NCBI GenBank assembly: GCA_041602035.1
Contig: JBFIHA010000001.1
Span: 210,689 to 274,688, forward strand
DNA from: Gemmatimonadales bacterium
GTDB taxonomy: Bacteria; Gemmatimonadota; Gemmatimonadetes; Gemmatimonadales; GWC2-71-9
Length of the DNA stretch: 64,000 nt
Direction of reading: 5' to 3'
Positions 51,722 to 61,900 of the stretch are shown here, piece after piece (position 1 is the stretch's first letter; the number at the start of each line of letters is the position of its first letter). Made by a program: the position numbers and the translations under genes. The notes below the pieces were generated by a model, which did no database searches, was not told the origin of the DNA, and worked only from the letters and a program-made list of their open reading frames with translations.

Positions 51722-54174
51722 TCTCGGCCCCCGATGGGCGTCCCCGGCGGGGATGCCATTGGCTCGCTGCGCGGCGTGGCGTCCGCCCGCCGGCTGAGAA
51801 ACCGTTCCACGTCGGCCCACACGAGCATCTGGTGGGCGGCGTCCTCCGGGAGCCTGGGCTCCCGGCCCTGGACGCGTTCCAGGACTCGCCGCAGGCCCCA
51901 CTCGGCGGTAGCGCGGGCTTCGACGGACGCCGCCGCCGCACCGGCCAGGTCGAGCAGTGCATCGACCACGACCCGCTGCACCACCCGCCGCAACGCCGCG
52001 TGCTCCGGAGCAGTATACGTATCCCACGATCGATCGATGACCCTCGCGATCACCTCCTCAGGGCTGGGGAGCGTGGTGTCCCGGGCGCGGAAGGCCGCGA
52101 GCCGAGCCAGACGCCGCCGATCTAGGAGGTTCTCGATAACCATCGTGGCCAGCGTTCGTGCCGCGCCGAGTTGATCGAAGGCCGGCGAGGCGGCGGAACC
52201 GAAATCCCACTCGGTCGCCGGTACACCGTACGCGCGCGGCGCCATCAAACGCAGGATGCGCTCCGGGATCGCTAAGGCGTCCGGCTCGAGCGCGTCGAGC
52301 ACCAACTCCAATGCTCGACGTTGGCGCGCTTCCGGGATGATGGTGGTTGGCGGGAGCGAATCCCCTCGGACCGCATACCGGTACTCCATGCCGCCCACCG
52401 CCTTGATCGCTCCTTCCAGGGCGTAGCGGTGGTGGAGGTAGACCGGGACGAACCGGTAGTTGAGCCATGCCAGCGGCTCGCCGGTCTTCAGCACGGTGGC
52501 ATCGAAACGATCGATGAGCACCCGTCGGACGTCCCGTGTTCGCGCCAGCTCGTCGACGGCCTCGGGCCCGTTGAGCCACTGCGTCACCTCGGGAAACGAG
52601 CCCCAGGTGGCGTTGTCTCCGTCAGTGTTGAACCGAATGCCACGGCGCATCGCCTCGTCGACAATCGCCCGAAGGCCAACCGCCTCATCGGCGTCGAACT
52701 GCGTGTACCCGTAGCGGATCGCGATGGAGTCATAGGCGCCGGGCCCGTCGCGGTAGGCGTCACGGAGGCTGATCTGGCCGTCCACGAGCGTGATCAATGG
52801 GCCAGGGTAATCCATGACGGACGCGCGACCGTCACCTGCGGCAATGAAGTTGTGGGCGAGTCCCAGCGTGTGGCCGACCTCGTGAGCCGCATGTTGTCGG
52901 CGGCGAGCCATGGCGAACTGTTCTGCCGTTACGGTCGAGTCGAGCGACGCCAACCAGTCGGTCAGGTTGCCGGCGCCACTCCCCCCAACGGCGGGCAGCG
53001 TGCCGGCGTAGATGTTGTAGTCGGTCAAGGAACGGTACGAGTCCATGCGCACCGCCGCCTTGATGATCTCCCCGGTCCGCGGATCGACGAAGCTCGGGCC
53101 GATCGAGAACCCTGGATCGCTGCGGTGGACCCATTGAATCACGTGATAGCGGGCATCCATGGGATCCATGTCCGCCGGCATGTCTTCCACTCGAAAGGCG
53201 TCGATGAAGCCGGCGGCTTCGAAGACCCGATTCCACCACTCGGCGCCCTCCCGAAAAGCCGAGCGGTAGGGTTCCGGGACCCCGCGGTCCAGGTAGTACA
53301 CGATCGGGGTTACCGGCTCCGAGCGTTCCGCGGTTGGATTCCGTTTCTGCAGTCGATGGCGGGCGACGTAGCGGGCCTCGTATCGCTCATCGAGCGAACG
53401 GGAAAAATCGAAGAAGGTCACACCCGAGTTACCGATCCGCGGATCGGCCACCCGCGGCGCGAACCCCGGCTCCGGCAAGCGCACCAGCGAATGATGCTGG
53501 CGGACCGTCACGCTGCCTCCGTCAGGTGCATGCGATCGCACCAGGGCACCGGGACTGGTGGAGGTGAAGGTCAGGGCCACCTCGATTTCCGTGTTCGTCG
53601 GAAACCCTCTCGTGCGTGGGAGATGCACTCGGCTTCGGTCGCGATGCAACGTGAAGGTGCCCTGACCCCGCCGCTGCAGCGTGCCGCTCACATCCATGTG
53701 ATCGGCCAGGAAGTGCGCCGTGGCGTCGACCAGGACCCGTCCGCCCTCCTCGGCGAGGACGTCGAAGGCGGCGACGGTCGAGAGGGGGAATGACTCCTCG
53801 ACGGAGCGAGTCAACGCGGGGTTGTCCGTCGCCACCGCCCGGAACCGCGGGTTCGTGAGCACCAAGTACACCGTCGGACCGACGCGCTCGAACTTGGCGA
53901 TGGCTTCGTCGCCGATCATTCCCCGATCGAGACCGAGTTGGGTGCTCCCCATGCCCGTCGCAAGCGAGGTCAGATACAGAAACTCTTGGTCGAGATGCGG
54001 GATCTCGATCAACAGGCGTCCCGCGGCCGGATCCCAGTACAGCGGGAAGTATCCGTCCCGCTTGTCGAACCCCGCGGTGTGTTGCCTGATCGACTGCTGC
54101 GCCTCGACGGGCGTTCCGAGCCAGACGGCAGCCGCGACGCACGCGGCAAAGAAGCGACGCATCGAACCCTCCAA
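51718..54174 (-). CDS. secreted zinc-dependent metalloprotease (DUF5117/DUF4953-type)
   Basis: Signal peptide, and zinc motif AHEVGHTLGLAHNF. 818 aa. Its stop overlaps the convergent M28 stop (CTAG). Confidence 0.8.
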   Translation of the reverse strand: MEGSMRRFFAACVAAAVWLGTPVEAQQSIRQHTAGFDKRDGYFPLYWDPAAGRLLIEIPHLDQEFLYLTSLATGMGSTQLGLDRGMIGDEAIAKFERVGPTVYLVLTNPRFRAVATDNPALTRSVEESFPLSTVAAFDVLAEEGGRVLVDATAHFLADHMDVSGTLQRRGQGTFTLHRDRSRVHLPRTRGFPTNTEIEVALTFTSTSPGALVRSHAPDGGSVTVRQHHSLVRLPEPGFAPRVADPRIGNSGVTFFDFSRSLDERYEARYVARHRLQKRNPTAERSEPVTPIVYYLDRGVPEPYRSAFREGAEWWNRVFEAAGFIDAFRVEDMPADMDPMDARYHVIQWVHRSDPGFSIGPSFVDPRTGEIIKAAVRMDSYRSLTDYNIYAGTLPAVGGSGAGNLTDWLASLDSTVTAEQFAMARRRQHAAHEVGHTLGLAHNFIAAGDGRASVMDYPGPLITLVDGQISLRDAYRDGPGAYDSIAIRYGYTQFDADEAVGLRAIVDEAMRRGIRFNTDGDNATWGSFPEVTQWLNGPEAVDELARTRDVRRVLIDRFDATVLKTGEPLAWLNYRFVPVYLHHRYALEGAIKAVGGMEYRYAVRGDSLPPTTIIPEARQRRALELVLDALEPDALAIPERILRLMAPRAYGVPATEWDFGSAASPAFDQLGAARTLATMVIENLLDRRRLARLAAFRARDTTLPSPEEVIARVIDRSWDTYTAPEHAALRRVVQRVVVDALLDLAGAAAASVEARATAEWGLRRVLERVQGREPRLPEDAAHQMLVWADVERFLSRRADATPRSEPMASPPGTPIGGRD

Positions 54175-54274
54175 CGACGGCGACGTAGAGTGGGATAGCT
54201 CGGCAAACTTGCCGCCTGGTCGGCCGGAGGGGAACCCGGCTACATTCGCTGTCGACTCTCGAGGAACCGGTCGT

Positions 54275-54844
54275 ATGCAGACAGGTGTGGCTGGGTTCGT
54301 TGCACTTGCCCTCCTTCTCGCGCCCGTGCCGTTGTACGGTCAGCGAGGGCGCATGGTGCCGCGATCGCCGTCGTGGCGGCCCCCGCCGTCGCTCGGGATC
54401 CGCGGCGGATTCGATTTCGACGCGGAGCAGTACGCGGTCGGGGGACAGGTGCGCATGCCTCTGGCGCCCCTCGCGGAGGTGCTGCTCAGCGGGGACTACT
54501 ACCTGGCAGGTGATACCTCGGCATGGCAGCTCAACCTCGATCTGGCGACGGGGGCGATGCTGCCAGGCGTCTACGCTGGGGCGGGGGCAGCGCTGGCTCG
54601 GCGCGCGTTTCTCATCGCTGATACCCACACGTTCCCCAAGCGGACCAAGCTCGGGCTAAGCCTCTTTGTCGGGGCAACGCTGCCGCCGGTAGTCCGGCTG
54701 CCGGTGCGCCCGTTCGCCGAGGCCCGGTGGACGCAGGTGAGTGGCTTCGATCTTCAGTTCGCGGTGGTGGCGGGCGTGAGCGTCCCCCTCGGGGACCCGG
54801 CCCCGCCGCGCCGCCCTGCCGCGGCCCAGCGCCGCGCTCCCTAG
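54275..54844 (+). CDS. small secreted hypothetical protein, possibly an outer-membrane beta-barrel
   Basis: The ATG inside ORF 53720..54844 gives the signal peptide MQTGVAGFVALALLLAPVPLYGQ. An alternating beta pattern follows. The C-terminal tail is Pro/Ala/Arg-rich. Confidence 0.45.
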   Translation: MQTGVAGFVALALLLAPVPLYGQRGRMVPRSPSWRPPPSLGIRGGFDFDAEQYAVGGQVRMPLAPLAEVLLSGDYYLAGDTSAWQLNLDLATGAMLPGVYAGAGAALARRAFLIADTHTFPKRTKLGLSLFVGATLPPVVRLPVRPFAEARWTQVSGFDLQFAVVAGVSVPLGDPAPPRRPAAAQRRAP

Positions 54845-54889
54845 GCTACCGGCAGCTCTTGGGGCGACTGTGGCCGGGAGACAGGCAAT

Positions 54890-54920
54890 GAGGGCCAGAT
54901 GGATACTCCACCTGGCCCTC
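54890..54920. terminator. stem-loop between convergent genes (GAGGGCCAG...CTGGCCCTC)
   Basis: Perfect 9-bp arms at 54890-54898 and 54912-54920 with a 13-nt loop. Confidence 0.4.
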
Positions 54921-54946
54921 GGTTGCCGCGCTGGAACGAGATCGGA

Positions 54947-55444
54947 TTATTGCGGCGGCAACAGCACCTTGTCGATCACGTGAATCACACCGTTCGTGGC
55001 CAACACGTCAGTCTGGATCACGTTCGCGTCATTCACCTTCACACCCATGGACGCGTCGATAGCGACCGTGGCGCCCTGCAGCGTGGTAGCCGACGAGAGG
55101 GTCGCGACATCAGCGGCTAAGACCCGCCCGGCGACGACGTGGTACAGCAGGATGTCGGTGAGCGTCGGAATGTCCTGCAGCAAGGCGTCGATGGTGCCCG
55201 CGGGTAGCGCGGCGAACGCCTCGTCCGTCGGGGCAAATACTGTGAAGGGCCCGTCGTTGGCGAGCGTCGGATCCAGGCTGGCTGCCTGAACGGCGGTGAC
55301 CAGCGTGGTGAATGAGCCGGCGTTGACCGCCGTGGCCACGATGTTCTCGAGCTGGGGCTCCACCGCCTCGTCGCAGCCCGCGACGCCAAGCGTGGCGACT
55401 ACCAGACCCCCAACAAGTGCCTTCCGAGTAACCGTGCTGAACAT
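54947..55444 (-). CDS. fasciclin (FAS1) domain lipoprotein
   Basis: Start at Met 55444 with the lipobox LGVAGC. Motifs are [11 protein letters not shown] and [13 protein letters not shown]. Confidence 0.85.
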   Translation of the reverse strand: MFSTVTRKALVGGLVVATLGVAGCDEAVEPQLENIVATAVNAGSFTTLVTAVQAASLDPTLANDGPFTVFAPTDEAFAALPAGTIDALLQDIPTLTDILLYHVVAGRVLAADVATLSSATTLQGATVAIDASMGVKVNDANVIQTDVLATNGVIHVIDKVLLPPQ

Positions 55445-55516
55445 ACTGTCCTCCGTGTGGTGTAAAAGGTTGTTAAACAATGACTTGAGTCGTTCGACTT
55501 CGTTCTCACCTGGTTG

Positions 55517-55586
55517 TTGTCCAGTTTTCGTTCAAGAACCGTAGTGCTATTTCGACCATGTGTCAAGTGTTTGTCTAGTTTTCATT
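55517..55586. repeat. 16-bp direct repeat TTGTC(C/T)AGTTTTC(G/A)TT, two copies 54 bp apart, in an AT-rich divergent intergenic region
   Basis: The copies lie at 55517-55532 and 55571-55586 (14/16 identical). Small hairpins lie at 55572-55594 (TGTCTA/TAGACA) and 55601-55614 (GGACG/CGTCC). Confidence 0.5.
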
Positions 55587-55647
55587 GTTAGACAGATACT
55601 GGACGCATACGTCCGGTTGCGAATGGCGGTGGCGGGACTAGGTTGGT

Positions 55648-56739
55648 GTGTCTCTTCTGTGGGGGGGCTTGGTGAACCCGCTGACAGTGGTCTTGGCCGT
55701 TCTCCTCGGCGGGGCCCTGGTGGTGCTGATCTGGTTGATGGGGCGAGGCAGCGGCGCCCGAGACGCCGGGACACAGCGGCAGCTGGGTGAGGTGCGGGCC
55801 CGGCTCGATCAGCTGGTGGTGGCGCAGAGCGAGCTGCCCAGGGCCATGGCCGAAGGGGCCGCCGCGCAGGCGCGTTCCTTGGCGGACGTGCGCGAGCGCC
55901 TCGGCCGACTGTCGGAGGCCACGGTCCGTCTGGAAGCCTTGGGTCAGTCGGTGGCAGACGTGCAGGAGCTGCTGAAGGTGCCTCGGCTGCGTGGGACCCT
56001 GGGGGAAGTGTGGCTCGAAGAGCTACTCCGGCAGGTGTTTCCGGCTCGACTGTATGAGACGCAGTACGCGTTTCGCACCGGCGAACGGGTCGACGCCGTG
56101 CTTCGGGTCGGCCACCGGCTCGTGCCCATCGACTCCAAGTTTCCCCTCGAGGCCTGCCAGCGGATGTTGGCGGCAGAGGGAGAGATAGCGGTTCGGGAGC
56201 GTCGGGCGTTTCGGCGATCGCTGAAGGAGCGCATCGACGAGATCGCGGAGAAGTACATCCGGCCCGAGGAGGGCACGCTCGATTTCGCGCTGATGTACAT
56301 CCCGGCCGAGGCTGTCTATTACGAGGCGGTGGTGCGAGACGAACCGCTGCAGGAGCAAACCAGCGTCGTCGGGTATGCCTTGCAACGTCACGTGATCCCG
56401 GTGTCGCCCCACACCTTCTACGCGTACGTCTCGGCCGTACTGCACGGGCTGCGCGGACTCGAGGTGGAAGAACGTGCCAGGGAGATCGAGGCAGCCCTGG
56501 GAGCCCTGCAGCACCAGCTCGACCGGTTCGAGCGCGCGTTCACGCTCGTAGGGCGCCACCTGGACAACGCGCTCAAGCAGTATCAGGAGTCCGAGCGGCA
56601 GTGGTTCCGGGTGCAGGAGCGCCTCGACACGGCAACCGGTTTCGACGCGGAGCCGAGGGGAGCGCGCGCCCCTGGATTGGAGGGACCAGCGGAGGCCGAT
56701 GAGCTCGTGGCGTCCGACCGGCCCGCGGCGGACGGGTGA
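55648..56739 (+). CDS. rmuC: DNA recombination protein RmuC
   Basis: N-terminal TM helix, then a coiled coil, then the RmuC nuclease-like core (VDAVLRVGHRLVPIDSKFPLE...ALMYIPAEAVYYE). Confidence 0.85.
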   Translation: MSLLWGGLVNPLTVVLAVLLGGALVVLIWLMGRGSGARDAGTQRQLGEVRARLDQLVVAQSELPRAMAEGAAAQARSLADVRERLGRLSEATVRLEALGQSVADVQELLKVPRLRGTLGEVWLEELLRQVFPARLYETQYAFRTGERVDAVLRVGHRLVPIDSKFPLEACQRMLAAEGEIAVRERRAFRRSLKERIDEIAEKYIRPEEGTLDFALMYIPAEAVYYEAVVRDEPLQEQTSVVGYALQRHVIPVSPHTFYAYVSAVLHGLRGLEVEERAREIEAALGALQHQLDRFERAFTLVGRHLDNALKQYQESERQWFRVQERLDTATGFDAEPRGARAPGLEGPAEADELVASDRPAADG

Positions 56740-56800
56740 GGCATCGGCGAGGGTCGGATCCCCGGCATCGAACGCACTTCCTGAGCGGAAGGATTCTTCA

Positions 56801-57343
56801 ATGTCACTTCATCATCGGCTCACGCTCTCAGCGGTACCCCTATTCGTTGCATTGAGTGGGCTACTGGCCGGCGCGCGAGCCCAGGAAGCGCCCACGCCGT
56901 GCCTCGAAGGCGAGGCATACGAGGAGTTCGATTTCTGGGTTGGGGAGTGGGACGTGTTCACCCCCAACGGCCAGCGGGCCGGAACGAACCGGATCGAGAA
57001 GGTGGCGGCGGGCTGCTTGCTCGTGGAGCATTGGACCAGTGCCACCGGGGGAACCGGGAAGAGCCTCAACTACTACCATCCCGCCAAGCGCCAGTGGATG
57101 CAGGTGTGGGTGGACGGGCAGGGTGGAGTCATTCAGGCGGCCGGAACGTTCACAGACGGTGCCATGCGACTCCTGGGCGAGCATGTCTACCCTGACGGAA
57201 CACGGGAGGCGTTCCGGATGCAGTTCACTCCTCAAGACGATGGCTCGGTTCGTCAGTTCATCGAGCAGTCGAAGGACGACGGCGCCACCTGGTACGTGTG
57301 GTTCGACGGGCGATACGTGCGAACGGCGCCACCGGACTCCTGA
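56801..57343 (+). CDS. secreted hypothetical protein
   Basis: ATG 56801 follows a GGAAGGA motif. The signal peptide is MSLHHRLTLSAVPLFVALSGLLAGARAQ. I cannot name a family with confidence. Confidence 0.5.
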   Translation: MSLHHRLTLSAVPLFVALSGLLAGARAQEAPTPCLEGEAYEEFDFWVGEWDVFTPNGQRAGTNRIEKVAAGCLLVEHWTSATGGTGKSLNYYHPAKRQWMQVWVDGQGGVIQAAGTFTDGAMRLLGEHVYPDGTREAFRMQFTPQDDGSVRQFIEQSKDDGATWYVWFDGRYVRTAPPDS

Positions 57344-57390
57344 GCATCGTGCGAGCGACGCTGCCGCCAGCCCGTCGCTCCGGAGTCCGG
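57332..57390 (+). terminator. nested two-tier hairpin spanning the stop codon of the preceding gene
   Basis: Outer arms are CCGGACTCC (57332-57340) and GGAGTCCGG (57382-57390). Inner arms are GAGCGACG (57353-57360) and CGTCGCTC (57373-57380). Confidence 0.45.
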
Positions 57391-57467
57391 ACATGCCTGG
57401 GGCGAAGGCGTGCAACCATCCAACGAGACGTGGTGATCGGAACCTTGGGAGTGTGGAGGCGGATGTC

Positions 57468-58829
57468 ATGAGCGACTACGTCGCGCAGTTGCTGGCGAGC
57501 GTGAAGGCAAAGAACCCGGCGGAGCCCGAATTCCACCAAGCCGTGCACGAAGTCGCCGAATCGGTGCACCTGGTGCTCGATCGGCATCCCGAGTACCGGA
57601 CGACCAAGGTCCTCGAGCGGATCATCGAACCCGAGCGTGTGATCCTATTTCGTGTGCCGTGGGTTGACGACCGGGGAGACGTCCAGGTCAATCGAGGTTT
57701 CCGCATCGAGATGAACAGCGCGCTCGGTCCTTACACGGGCGGGCTGCGCTTTCATCCCTCCGTCACGCTGGGCATCCTCAAGTTCCTCGCCTTTGAGCAG
57801 GTGTTCAAGAACGCGCTGACCACGCTCCCCATGGGTGGCGGCAAGGGAGGATCCGACTTCGATCCCAAGGGCAAGAGCGACGCCGAGGTGATGCGGTTCT
57901 GTCAAAGCTTCATGACCGAGCTGTATCGGCACATCGGACCGAACACCGATGTCCCGGCCGGCGACATCGGCGTCGGTGGCCGCGAGATCGGGTTCCTGTT
58001 TGGCCAGTACAAGCGGATCCGGAACGAGTTCACCGGCGTGCTCACCGGGAAGGGACTGAATTGGGGCGGCTCCCTCATTCGACCGCAAGCGACCGGGTAC
58101 GGAGCCGTGTACTTCGCCGCCGAGATGCTCGCAACGCGGAACGAGACCCTGGAGGGGAAGACGTGCCTCGTGTCCGGCAGCGGCAACGTGGCCCAGTACA
58201 CGTGCCAGAAGCTAATTGAGCTCGGGGCGACGCCGGTGACCCTGTCCGATTCCGGCGGCTATATCCACGACCCGGAAGGGATCACCGAGAAGAAGCTTGC
58301 GTTCGTCATGGACTTGAAGAACGTCCGTCGCGGTCGGATCCGCGAGTATGCCGACGAGTTCACGAGCGCGACCTACACGCCCGTGAACGCCAAGATGGAT
58401 CACCGTCCACTCTGGGACCACAAGGCAGAGTGTGCGTTTCCCTCGGCGACACAGAACGAGATCAGTGCGGCGGACGCCCGCAACCTGCTCGCGAACGGCG
58501 TGTACGTCGTCTCGGAGGGGGCCAACATGCCCACCGTGCCCGAGGGCGTGGACCTGTTCGTCGACGAGAACATCTTGTACGGTCCGGGGAAGGCGGCCAA
58601 CGCCGGCGGCGTCGCGGTGTCTGGCCTCGAAATGGCTCAAAACAGTATGCGCTATTCGTGGACCCGGAAGGAAGTCGACAGTCGCCTGCGGCTGATCATG
58701 AAGTCGATCCACGAGGTCTGCGTCGGCACCGCCGAACGGTTCGGGGTGCCGGGCAACTACGTCATCGGTGCCAATATCGCGGGCTTCCTCAAGGTCGCGG
58801 ATTCCATGATCGACCAGGGGATCGTCTGA
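57468..58829 (+). CDS. gdhA: NADP-specific glutamate dehydrogenase
   Basis: ATG 57468 follows a GGAGG motif. RVPWVDDRGDVQVNRGFR, the catalytic-Lys box in LPMGGGKGGSDFDPKG, and the GSGNVAQY Rossmann motif are present. Confidence 0.95.
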   Translation: MSDYVAQLLASVKAKNPAEPEFHQAVHEVAESVHLVLDRHPEYRTTKVLERIIEPERVILFRVPWVDDRGDVQVNRGFRIEMNSALGPYTGGLRFHPSVTLGILKFLAFEQVFKNALTTLPMGGGKGGSDFDPKGKSDAEVMRFCQSFMTELYRHIGPNTDVPAGDIGVGGREIGFLFGQYKRIRNEFTGVLTGKGLNWGGSLIRPQATGYGAVYFAAEMLATRNETLEGKTCLVSGSGNVAQYTCQKLIELGATPVTLSDSGGYIHDPEGITEKKLAFVMDLKNVRRGRIREYADEFTSATYTPVNAKMDHRPLWDHKAECAFPSATQNEISAADARNLLANGVYVVSEGANMPTVPEGVDLFVDENILYGPGKAANAGGVAVSGLEMAQNSMRYSWTRKEVDSRLRLIMKSIHEVCVGTAERFGVPGNYVIGANIAGFLKVADSMIDQGIV

Positions 58830-58939
58830 CCGGTCAGAGCGGGTCGGACCGGGCTTGACGGCGGGACGAGCCGGGATTTCCCTGTAGGGAGGGAGCGGGG
58901 AAGCGAAGCTGCGCCGCCAGTCAGGCCTGGGAGCCCCGA

Positions 58940-61900
58940 ATGAGCGCATCGAGTCGCGAGGCGGGAGATCACGACGACCGCGTCGCCAGACATGCCGGGT
59001 TCCAGTACCTCATGTCCCACCGCGTGCGGGACATCCTGTTGGTCACGAGCCTCTACGATTCGTTCATTCTGGCCGAAGATGGCCAGCTCGGCGAGCTCAT
59101 CCTGGGCGAGTTCCTCGACCTCAATCTCCGTCACACCCCTGAGCTGACGCGGGTCTCGACTGGCGTTGAGGCGCTCGCCCTCGCCACCCAGGAGCACCGG
59201 TACGACCTCATCATCTCGAGTCTGACGCTCGGCGACATGACCGCGCCGGAGTTAGCCGTCCGGGCCGCGGAGGCCGGGCTGAATGCCCCGGTTGTCGCAC
59301 TGGCCTACGATGCGCGCGACCTCGCCACGTTCCAGTCCAGCCGCGACGTGGACCTTCTCGAGCGTGTGTTTCTCTGGCAGGGAAACGCCAAGATCCTCCT
59401 GGCCATCGTCAAGTACATCGAAGACCGCCGCAATCTGGCTCACGACACTGGTGAGGTTGGCGTGCCGGCCATCGTCCTCGTGGAGGACAATGTGCGGTAC
59501 TACTCCGCCTTCCTTCCCGTCATCTACAGTGAGCTCATGCAGCACGCGCACAACTTGATGCCGGAGGGACTCAACCTGGCGCACAAATTGATGCGGATTC
59601 GGGCGCGCCCGAAGATCTTGCTATGCCAAACGTATGAGGAAGCCTGGGAGTTCATCACCGAGTATCCGGACGAGATCCTCGGCATCATCTCCGACATCCA
59701 GTTCCCGCGCGGCGGCAACCTCGACCGCCATGCCGGCGTCGAACTCGCCCGCCAGGTTCGGGCCCTGCGACACGATATCCCGATCATGCTGCAGTCGAGT
59801 TGGCCTGACAACGCCGAACTGGCTCGACAGGCGGGGGCGTCGTTCCTGCTCAAGGGCTCCCCGATGCTCCTGCACCAGCTTCGGGCCTTCATGGCCGACG
59901 GATTCGGATTCGGCGACTTCGTGTTTCGTCGACCCGACGGCAGTGAGGTGGACCGGGCGACCGATCTTCACAGCCTGATGGAGAAGTTGGAGACGGTCCC
60001 AGCGGAGAGCATCGCCTACCACGCTTCGGGCAATCATTTCTCCCGGTGGCTCAAGACGCGGACGGAGTTCACGCTTGCGGAGCGCCTCAGGCCGCGCAAG
60101 CTCACCGACTTCGACGGCGTCGAGGCCCTGCGCACGCATCTCATCGATGCGATCCGGGAGTATCGGGGCGAGCAGAACCTCGGGGTGGTCGTCGATTTCG
60201 AGCGCGATCGCTTCGACGGCGCGGTCCCGTTCAGCCGGGTCGGCACGGGGTCCATGGGTGGCAAGGCGCGCGGACTGGCGTTCGTGAACTTCCTGCTCAA
60301 GCAGCATCACGCGAGTGACCGGTTTCCCGGTGTCCGGATCGCGGTCCCCCCGTCGACGGTCCTGGGCACGGATGTGTTCGACGACTTCCTCGACTTCAAC
60401 GATCTGCGAGACTTTGCCATCGGCTGCGGGGACAGCCAACAAATTGTAGACCGATTCCTGTCGGCGACCCTCTCTACGGCGGTGGAGAAGGACCTTGCGG
60501 TCTTTCTGCAGTATGCTCGACGCCCTTTGGCCGTGCGATCATCGAGCTTGCTTGAAGACAGCCAATACCAGCCCTTCGCTGGGATCTACGACACCTTCAT
60601 GCTGCCCAATAACCATGCCGACCTGTCGGTACGTCTGGCGCAGCTCGTGTCGGCTATTCGGCGGGTCTATGCATCGACGTTCTCCCGCCGATCGAAGTCG
60701 TACCTGGACGGCACGCCCTACCGCCTGGAAGAGGAGAAGATGGCGGTGGTGGTGCAGCAGATCGTGGGTGCTCAGCATGGGGGGGTGTTCTATCCCGACT
60801 TCGCCGGCGTCGCCCGATCGCACAATTTCTACCCGGCCCCGCCATGCAATTCCGGAGATGGCATCGCCGCGGTGGCGCTCGGGCTTGGACGGACGGTCAT
60901 GGATGGTGAGCGTTGTCTGCGGTTTTGCCCCCGCTATCCACGGCACGTGCTGCAGTTCTCGTCCGTGCAGGATTTCGTGCATTACTCTCAACGGGAGTTC
61001 TGGGCACTCGACCTCGGGCTCGATACGGGTGTGATCGACGCCCCGGCAGATTCCCGGATGCTGCACCTCGGCCTTGCGCTCGCTGAACAGCATGGAACGC
61101 TGCAGACCGTGGGGTCCACGTTCTCACGCGAGAACGATGCTGTGTATGACGGGCTTTCCCGCCACGGCGTGCGGCTCGTGAGCTTCGCCCCCGTTCTCAA
61201 GCACGAAATCTTCCCACTCGCCGAGATCCTGGGGTTCCTGCTCGAGATTGGCGAGCAGGGCACGAGCGCTCCCGTCGAGATCGAGTTTGCCGTCAACCTC
61301 TCCACGCCGCCTGGGATGCCTAAAGAGTTCGGGTTTCTCCAAATGCGCCCGCTCGCGCTGTCGCGGGAGTTCGAGGAGCTGAACATCGGGGCCGTCAGGG
61401 ACGAGGATCTCGTCGTCCAGAGCCCGAGCGTGCTCGGTCACGGGCGCGTCGACGACGTGCGCGACGTCGTGGTCATCGATTACCACCGTTTCGACCGTTC
61501 GGCCAGCAAGGAAGCGGCTGGCGTAGTCGCCCAGCTCAACGCGGAACTGCGCGCCAGGCGTATCCCGTATCTCTTGATCGGTGTCGGCCGGTGGGGCTCC
61601 ACCGATCCGTGGCTTGGCATTCCCGTCACGTGGGACCAAATCGCCGGGGTGCGCGTGATCGTGGAGGCTGGGTTCAAAGACCTGCGGGTGACCCCGTCGC
61701 AGGGGACGCATTTTTTCCAAAACTTGGTATCGAGCAACGTCGGCTACTTCACGGTCAATCAGGACATCGGCGAGGGATTCGTCGACTGGGAGTGGCTCGC
61801 CCAGCAGCCCGCGATCCGGGAGGCCCGCCACGTCCGGCATCTCCGGTTCGACCGACCGCTCACGATCACCATGAACGGCAAGAACAACCGGGGCATGATC

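Noticed and set aside
55648-56739. RmuC as a possible anti-phage defence nuclease
   Set aside because: It has the standard housekeeping architecture (TM helix, coiled coil, RmuC core). It is a single gene with no defence-type partners such as a helicase, methylase, toxin or ATPase nearby.
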